Source: Clostridia bacterium
GTDB taxonomy: Bacteria; Bacillota; Clostridia; Oscillospirales; CAG-272
NCBI GenBank assembly: GCA_017539425.1
Contig: JAFYHA010000061.1
Span: 1,043-65,042, forward strand
Direction: 5' to 3'
Length of the DNA: 64,000 bases
Position 1 is the stretch's first letter, and every line of letters starts with the position of its first letter. The translations under genes were made by a program, and so were the position numbers. Positions 58,208-64,000 of the stretch are shown piece after piece. Under the pieces are notes generated by a model. The model did no database searches. It was not told the origin of the DNA and worked only from the letters and a program-made list of their open reading frames with translations.

Positions 58208-59044
58208 TTACCTCAGTTCCGGCATCAGCCGGTAGATCTCCTGCGCGACACCGCTTTCATCGCAGGATCCGGTCACCCGGTCCGCGATCTTGCGTATGGC
58301 CTCGGGAGCGTTGGCCATCTCGACGCCTACCCCGGCCTTTTTCAGGATGCTCTCGTCGTTGTAATCGTCCCCGAACGCGACTGTGCCCGCCATATCCAGG
58401 TGCAGATGCTCCGCAAGCGCGGCAAGGGCGTTTCCCTTCTGCGCCTGCAGGCTGTTGATCTCGATGTTGTTCACGATGGCCGTGGTCACCGAAAGGTCCG
58501 GGAACCGCTCCTTGAGGTCCGGGATCGTCCGGAGCCTAAGATCCATGTCCTTGAAGAACATCTGCAGTTTCTGTATGTCGTGCTTCGTATCCAGGATATG
58601 GGCCTTGAGTTCCGGGACCGGCTTGCGCAGCATCCGGATGTTTTCCAGCACGTGGACGGACGGAGCGAACTCCGCCGCCCGGTCGTACATGCTCTGCGTC
58701 ATCCATCCCCAGTTGTCCATGTAGCAGTCATAGATCACCGGAAGCGCATCCAGATAGGTCAGCACCTCGACGGCCCGTTTATAGGGGATCTCCGCCTTGC
58801 AGACGGCCTGCTGTTTCCGTACGTCCCACACCTGGGCACCGTTGATCGTGATGCCGTAGTGTACGAACGGAAGGGACCGGATGCATTCCGGCATGCCCTC
58901 ATAGAACCGTCCGGTCGCCGGGACGATCTCCACGCCGGCTTCGGCCGCCCGGGTCAGTGCCCTCCGGTTCTCATCGGTCAGGACCTTGTCCGAGGTCAGG
59001 AGCGTCCCGTCCAGGTCCAGGGCGATCAGCTTATATTCAGGCAT
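58208..59044 (-). CDS. Cof-type HAD-IIB family hydrolase (sugar phosphatase-like)
   Basis: LIALDLDGTLL DxD motif, VPATGR, and a C-terminal GDDYNDESIL motif. Start at MPEYK; overlaps the gnd stop (ATGCCTGA). Confidence 0.88.
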   Translation of the reverse strand: MPEYKLIALDLDGTLLTSDKVLTDENRRALTRAAEAGVEIVPATGRFYEGMPECIRSLPFVHYGITINGAQVWDVRKQQAVCKAEIPYKRAVEVLTYLDALPVIYDCYMDNWGWMTQSMYDRAAEFAPSVHVLENIRMLRKPVPELKAHILDTKHDIQKLQMFFKDMDLRLRTIPDLKERFPDLSVTTAIVNNIEINSLQAQKGNALAALAEHLHLDMAGTVAFGDDYNDESILKKAGVGVEMANAPEAIRKIADRVTGSCDESGVAQEIYRLMPELR

Positions 59045-60488
59045 TGTAGGTGCTCGCACTGGTATTCCCGCCGTGGCCGGTCCAGTTGGTGTGGAAGAAC
59101 TCTCCTCTCGGAGCATCCACTCTCTCGTAGGTGTGCGCGCCGAAATAGTCTCTCTGCGCCTGCAGAAGGTTGGCCGGAAGGTTCTCGGTGGTATAGCCGT
59201 CGAACCAGCTCAGGGCCGAGGAGAAGGCAGGCATGGGGATGCCCGCGCTCACGGCATAGGCCACGACCTGTCTCCAGGAGGAGACCAGTGTCTTCATGAC
59301 CGAGCAGAAATAGTCGTCCATCAGGAGGTTCTCGAGAGCCGGGTTCTTGTCGTAGGCTTCCTTGATCTTGCCTAAGAACACCGACCGGATGATGCATCCT
59401 CCACGCCACATCATGGCGATCCCGCCATAGTTCAGGTTCCAGCCGTAGGTCTTTGCGGCGGCGCGCATCAGGGTATAGCCCTGTGCGTAGGACACGATCT
59501 TGGAGGCGTACAGCGCCTTGCGCACGGATTCAATGAATGCGGCGCGGTCTCCGGTAAAGGCCGGGATCTCCCGGGGATAGAGGGCGGACGCGCGGACACG
59601 CTCGTCCTTCATGGCGGACAGACAGCGCGCGAACACGGCTTCCGAGATCAGGGTCAGCGGAACGGCTTCGTCCAAAGCGGCGATCCCGGTCCATTTGCCC
59701 GTTCCCTTCTGGCCGGCGCGGTCCAGGATCTTCTCGACCGTGGTCTCACCCTTCTCATCCTTGTAGCCCAGGATGTCGCGGGTGATCTCGATGAGGTAGG
59801 AATCCAGCTCGGTCTTGTTCCAGTCCGCGAAGACCTGATGCATCTCCTCGCTGGTCATGCCGAGTCCGTCACGGAGCAGCTGGTAGGCTTCGCAGATCAG
59901 CTGCATATCGCCGTATTCGATCCCGTTGTGGACCATCTTGACGAAATGGCCGGCACCGTTCTCACCCACCCAGTCGCAGCAGGCTTCCCCGCTCTCCACT
60001 TTGGCGCAGATGGCCTGGAAGATCGGTTTCACATAGGGCCAGGCCGCCGGGCTTCCGCCGGGCATCATGGAAGGGCCTTTCAGGGCGCCCTCTTCACCTC
60101 CGGACACGCCGGTACCCACATAGAGCAGTCCTTTGCTCTCCACATATGCGGTGCGGCGGATGGTATCCGGAAAATGCGAATTGCCTCCGTCCACGATGAT
60201 ATCGCCGGGTTCCAGGATACCCAGCAGTTTCTCGATGAAGTCATCCACCGGCTGGCCGGCCTTGACCATCAGGAACACGATGCGGGGCTTAGTCAGGCTG
60301 GCGGCCAGTTCCTCCAGGGAATGGCAGCACACGATGTTCTTTCCCGCGGCTCTTCCGCCGATAAAATCGTCCACCTTGGATACGGTACGGTTGTATACCG
60401 CGACCGTGAATCCCTTGGATTCCATATTCATGACCAGGTTCTCGCCCATTACGGCCAGTCCGACAAGTCCGATATCCGCTTTTTTCAT
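59037..60488 (-). CDS. gnd: 6-phosphogluconate dehydrogenase (decarboxylating)
   Basis: IGLVGLAVMGENLVMNMESKGF, GGNSHF, HNGIEYGDMQLI, and a C-terminal RDYFGAHTYERVD. Confidence 0.96.
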   Translation of the reverse strand: MKKADIGLVGLAVMGENLVMNMESKGFTVAVYNRTVSKVDDFIGGRAAGKNIVCCHSLEELAASLTKPRIVFLMVKAGQPVDDFIEKLLGILEPGDIIVDGGNSHFPDTIRRTAYVESKGLLYVGTGVSGGEEGALKGPSMMPGGSPAAWPYVKPIFQAICAKVESGEACCDWVGENGAGHFVKMVHNGIEYGDMQLICEAYQLLRDGLGMTSEEMHQVFADWNKTELDSYLIEITRDILGYKDEKGETTVEKILDRAGQKGTGKWTGIAALDEAVPLTLISEAVFARCLSAMKDERVRASALYPREIPAFTGDRAAFIESVRKALYASKIVSYAQGYTLMRAAAKTYGWNLNYGGIAMMWRGGCIIRSVFLGKIKEAYDKNPALENLLMDDYFCSVMKTLVSSWRQVVAYAVSAGIPMPAFSSALSWFDGYTTENLPANLLQAQRDYFGAHTYERVDAPRGEFFHTNWTGHGGNTSASTYNA

Positions 60489-60552
60489 GATTCTTTTGCC
60501 GCGCGGACTCCGTGTCCGGCGGTCCCTCCGTTTGTTTTGATATTGGTTTGGG

Positions 60553-61626
60553 TCATCTTTGGACCCTTGCGTTTCCTTTGTATACGTCCCAGACCTGCTT
60601 TTCGTCCGCAGGATCGGCCCAGTCGTTCAGGCTGGATGCGGCCATGACGCCGCTTGCCCATCCGAACTGCAGCCATTTTTCGGGTTCCCAGCCGCACAGC
60701 ACGCCGTACAGCAGTCCGCCCGAGAATCCGTCGCCGCCGCCGATCCGGTCCATGACCTGGATGGGACGCGGCTCTTCCACGTACCACTTGCCGTCCGCCC
60801 AGAGGATGGCACCCCACAGATGCTCATTTGCGGAGAGCACTTCACGCAGCGTGGTCGCGTAGGCCCTGGCGTTGGGATACTTCTCATGCACCTGTCCGAT
60901 CATGACCTTGAACCGTTCCAGCTTGTCCCCAAGGTCCTTGCCTCCGGCTTCCGGTCCGGCAAAGCCCAGGCAGAGCTGGAAGTCCTCTTCGTTGCCGACC
61001 AGGATGTCGGCGATCGAGGCGATCTCATGGAACGCGCGGGACAGTTCCTCCTCGCGTCCTTTCCAGAACGTCGCGCGGTAGTTCAGGTCAAAGCTGACCA
61101 GCGTGCCGTACTTCTTGGCGACCCGGGCTATATCCAGACAGCATTTCGTCGTGCTTTCGCTCATAGCCGCGATCAATCCGGAAATGTGGAGGATGCCTAC
61201 ACCCTCCTGTCCGAAGATCCGCTCCAGGTCAAAATCTTCCGCGGACAGTGTCCGTCCGATCTCACCGGCCCGGTCGTTCCATACGCGGGGAGCGCGCAGG
61301 CCGAATCCGGAATCCGCAATATTGAACTGATGACGGTATCCCCACGGTCCGCCCTGCGGAACGTCCAGTCCCTCGTAGCGGATATTCCGCGCACGGAGCT
61401 GTGCCTTGATGAAGGCCGCGATCGGGCTGCCTTCCACGAACTTGGTCAGGGCCAGGCATTCCTTGCCCAGGCTGGACGTGATGTTGAGCACGTTGGTCTC
61501 CGCCGATGTGGACTGGAGATAGAACAGATTGGAGGACTGCACCGCCATCCTGTCCTGAGGGGTGATCCGGACGCCCATGCTGGTCACGGCCGCGATCGCA
61601 TACGTATACTCTCGTACTTTTAACAT
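60553..61626 (-). CDS. PfkB-family sugar kinase (2-dehydro-3-deoxygluconokinase-like)
   Basis: C-terminal ATP/anion-hole block VMDRIGGGDGFSGGLLYG. Overall KdgK-like layout. Start chosen at MLKVREY; the track ORF starts at 61674 with a Lys-rich extension. Confidence 0.8.
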   Translation of the reverse strand: MLKVREYTYAIAAVTSMGVRITPQDRMAVQSSNLFYLQSTSAETNVLNITSSLGKECLALTKFVEGSPIAAFIKAQLRARNIRYEGLDVPQGGPWGYRHQFNIADSGFGLRAPRVWNDRAGEIGRTLSAEDFDLERIFGQEGVGILHISGLIAAMSESTTKCCLDIARVAKKYGTLVSFDLNYRATFWKGREEELSRAFHEIASIADILVGNEEDFQLCLGFAGPEAGGKDLGDKLERFKVMIGQVHEKYPNARAYATTLREVLSANEHLWGAILWADGKWYVEEPRPIQVMDRIGGGDGFSGGLLYGVLCGWEPEKWLQFGWASGVMAASSLNDWADPADEKQVWDVYKGNARVQR

Positions 61627-61683
61627 ATTAGAAAAGATCCTCTCTTTGGATTTCTTGATTTTTGCTTTTTTCATGCCTGCGGC

Positions 61684-62988
61684 TCAGTCCGAGACAGAGG
61701 CATAGATCAGGGTCGGTCTGTCCACCGCCTTCGGACCGATCCGGAGCGCCGAGCGGTAGATCCATTCCGCCTCGTCCAGATCTTTTTCCGAGGACCCGTA
61801 CAGGACCGTAAGGCAATCTCCGGTCCTCACGGTATCTCCCGTCTTCTTCAGGACCTCCAGCCCCGCGGACAGATCGATGCGGTCCTCCTTCTTCATCCGG
61901 CCCGCGCCGAGTACGCATGCCGCCCGTCCGATGGCTTCGGTATCCATGGCGCATACGTATCCGTCTCCGGTCGCCCGGACCGCCCGGCCCTCTTTTTGGG
62001 GACGGAGCTTTTCCGGATGTTCCAGTACGGACACGTCTCCGCCCTGTCCGGCCACCCATTTTTTCATACTTTCAAAAGCCTGTCCCGAGGCAATGGATTC
62101 CTCGGACATCCGACGGGCCTTTTCGACCGGGATCTCCAGACTCATGGAGACCAGCCTTTCGCAGATCGCCATGCAGACCTCGTACAGGTCTCCTTTCCGT
62201 TCTCCGCGGACCACGCGGACGGCTTCCTCGATCTCCAGGGCATTGCCCACGTTGGTCCCGAGAGGGACGTCCATATTGGTCACCAGGGCCTGCACGTTGC
62301 GACCTGCGGACCGTCCGATCCGCACCATCGCGTGCGCAAGGGCGATCGAATCCTCCACGGTCTTCATGAACGCGCCGCTACCCGTCTTGACGTCCAGGAC
62401 TAGATTATGGGCTCCGGCGGCCAGTTTCTTGCTCATGATGCTGGACGCGATGAGGGGAATGCAGTCCACCGTCGCGGTCACGTCGCGCAATGCGTACAGC
62501 TTCTTGTCCGCCGGGGCGAGATCCCCGCTCTGCCCGAGAATGGCCATGCCGTTCCGGTCCACGCACCGGAAGAACTCCTCCCGGTTCATTTCGGTCCGGT
62601 AGCCCGGAATGGATTCCAGTTTGTCCACGGTTCCGCCCGTATGACCGAGCCCGCGTCCCGACATCTTGGCCATCTTGCATCCCAGGGACGCCACGACCGG
62701 TCCGACCACGGGTGAGACCTTGTCCCCAACGCCTCCGGTACTGTGCTTGTCCACGGACAGGTTCCCGAAAACGGACAGGTCCACGGTATCGCCGGAATGC
62801 ATCATGGCATCGGTCAGGAGCCAGGTTTCCCGGTCGGTCATGCCTTTGAGGCAGATGGCCATGCACAGCGCACTGGCCTGATAGTCCGGGATCTCGCCTT
62901 TGGTATAGCCGGTGATGAACGTGTCGATCTCTTCCTTGGTCAGTTCCCCGCCGTATTTTTTCTTTGCGATGATATCGTACATCCGCAT
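61684..62988 (-). CDS. pdp: Pyrimidine-nucleoside (thymidine) phosphorylase
   Basis: MRMYDIIAKKKYGGELTKEEI, DKHSTGGVGDK, and a SGRGLGHTGGTVDKLE block. Confidence 0.95.
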   Translation of the reverse strand: MRMYDIIAKKKYGGELTKEEIDTFITGYTKGEIPDYQASALCMAICLKGMTDRETWLLTDAMMHSGDTVDLSVFGNLSVDKHSTGGVGDKVSPVVGPVVASLGCKMAKMSGRGLGHTGGTVDKLESIPGYRTEMNREEFFRCVDRNGMAILGQSGDLAPADKKLYALRDVTATVDCIPLIASSIMSKKLAAGAHNLVLDVKTGSGAFMKTVEDSIALAHAMVRIGRSAGRNVQALVTNMDVPLGTNVGNALEIEEAVRVVRGERKGDLYEVCMAICERLVSMSLEIPVEKARRMSEESIASGQAFESMKKWVAGQGGDVSVLEHPEKLRPQKEGRAVRATGDGYVCAMDTEAIGRAACVLGAGRMKKEDRIDLSAGLEVLKKTGDTVRTGDCLTVLYGSSEKDLDEAEWIYRSALRIGPKAVDRPTLIYASVSD

Positions 62989-63003
62989 GGCTGCGTCTCC
63001 CGC

Positions 63004-63921
63004 CTACTTGAGGAAGCCGTTGATGATCTGCTCCTCCGCTTCCTGTTCGGTCAGGCCGAGCGTCATCAGCTTGATGATCTGTTCACCCGCGATCTTTCCG
63101 ATCGCGGCTTCGTGCACAAGCGCTGCGTCCACGTTGTTCGCCTCCAGTCCGGGCACGGCCAGTATGCGTCCTTCGTCCAGGATGATCGAGTCGCATTCGG
63201 TGTGTCCGCTGCAGGGCGCGTTGCCCAGGAGTTTGGCGTCGAATTTCTGATAGGAATGATCCCTGGCCACCGACCGGGACACCACGTCCGCGCTGCATCC
63301 GTCGCCGTTCAGCTCTACGACATAGGTGCTGAGCGCTCTCTGCTCGCCATGGGTCATCAGACGCTCGCGGACCACCAGTTTCGCTCCTGCGTCCAGTTTG
63401 GCCACCGTCGTACGGCTGGTATCGTCCACGCCTTTGATCTGCACCATTTCCATTTCGGCGGTGCTGTTTTCCTTCATATAGACTTCGGTCCCCGGATTGA
63501 GGATGCGTTTGCCTTTCCCGTCCCCGGATCCGTAGTGTTTCTCCACGTACTTGATGTGCGCTCCGCGCTCCAGGAAGAACCGGTGGATGCCGTCGTGCTG
63601 GGCGTCCTGGTTCCCACAGTTGTCTATGCCGCACCCGGCGATGATGACAACGTCCGCGTCCTCACCGATGTAGAAGTCGTTGTACACCACTTCCTTGAGA
63701 CCGCTCTGGGTCAGGACGACCGGGATATGTACGCTTTCATGCTTGGTACCCGGCTTGACCCGGATCTCCAGACCGCTTCCCTCCGGGCGGGTCAGAATCT
63801 CGATATTGGCCGTGGACGCGCGTCCGACGGATTCGCCGTTGGCCCGGATGTTGTACGCCCCTTCGGGGACCTCATGAAGGTCCGCAACTTCACGTAACAG
63901 TCTCTTCTGTATCTCATCCAT
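63004..63921 (-). CDS. SufB/SufD family Fe-S cluster assembly protein (short form)
   Basis: 305 aa with SufBD-like beta-helix repeats (...HIPVVLTQSG...ADVVIIAGCGI...HDGIHRFFLERGAHIKYVEKHYG...). Confidence 0.75.
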   Translation of the reverse strand: MDEIQKRLLREVADLHEVPEGAYNIRANGESVGRASTANIEILTRPEGSGLEIRVKPGTKHESVHIPVVLTQSGLKEVVYNDFYIGEDADVVIIAGCGIDNCGNQDAQHDGIHRFFLERGAHIKYVEKHYGSGDGKGKRILNPGTEVYMKENSTAEMEMVQIKGVDDTSRTTVAKLDAGAKLVVRERLMTHGEQRALSTYVVELNGDGCSADVVSRSVARDHSYQKFDAKLLGNAPCSGHTECDSIILDEGRILAVPGLEANNVDAALVHEAAIGKIAGEQIIKLMTLGLTEQEAEEQIINGFLK

Positions 63922-63933
63922 GTCCTTTTCCTC

Positions 63934-64000
63934 CTACGCCGGCGCGCCGACCTTGCATTCCGGCACGGCCGAGGACGTGCCCACCAGCGTGGGCAGCACT
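63934..64000 (-). CDS. 3' end of an upstream CDS (truncated by window). By synteny possibly the SufC-like ABC ATPase partner, but not recognisable from 22 residues
   Basis: Open frame on the minus strand ending ...VLPTLVGTSSAVPECKVGAPA-stop at 63934-63936, 12 nt before the SufBD-like start. Confidence 0.3.
   Translation of the reverse strand, partial: VLPTLVGTSSAVPECKVGAPA

Noticed and set aside
62743-63897. 384-aa plus-strand ORF
   Set aside because: It is antisense to the pdp 5' end and the SufBD-like gene. No motifs are present.

Overview
GC-rich chromosomal segment, probably from an anaerobic Firmicute/Clostridia (inferred from HrcA/CIRCE heat-shock control, PyrK-type DHODH, reverse rubrerythrin and a glycyl-radical enzyme). 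Most of it is densely packed housekeeping DNA. On the minus strand: an aromatic amino-acid operon (aroF-tyrA-aroB-aroA-aroC-pheA), a dac-ribF-ireB block, prmA plus hrcA-grpE-dnaK-dnaJ with CIRCE operators, a NifS-like/lipoprotein/YnbB block, three tandem M42 aminopeptidases and murD. On the plus strand: purA, a lone type IIA topoisomerase B subunit, secG, a reverse rubrerythrin, MATE and MFS transporters, a GDPD, and a complete 9-gene pyrimidine operon (pyrC-carA-carB-pyrK-pyrD-pyrF-pyrE-pyrB-pyrI). One tRNA-Ser(GGA) and hup lie on the minus strand. I saw no CRISPR array, transposase, integrase or rRNA. The best candidate for something undescribed is at 52.3-56.9 kb. It is a tight operon of a PHP-family metallohydrolase, a glycyl-radical activase and an atypically short (730 aa) glycyl-radical enzyme, whose catalytic Cys loop reads GCNWCCVCGH and lacks the Glu seen in the dehydratase/lyase clades. 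It faces a convergent operon encoding a LarA-like (nickel-pincer racemase/epimerase family) protein, a HAD phosphatase, 6-phosphogluconate dehydrogenase, a PfkB sugar kinase and pyrimidine-nucleoside phosphorylase. A visibly A/T-richer single-gene insert (AAA ATPase-wHTH-DUF4143 nuclease-like protein, 9.1-10.3 kb) is the only island-like element. Many long ORFs in the track are antisense artefacts of GC-rich coding DNA and were rejected.
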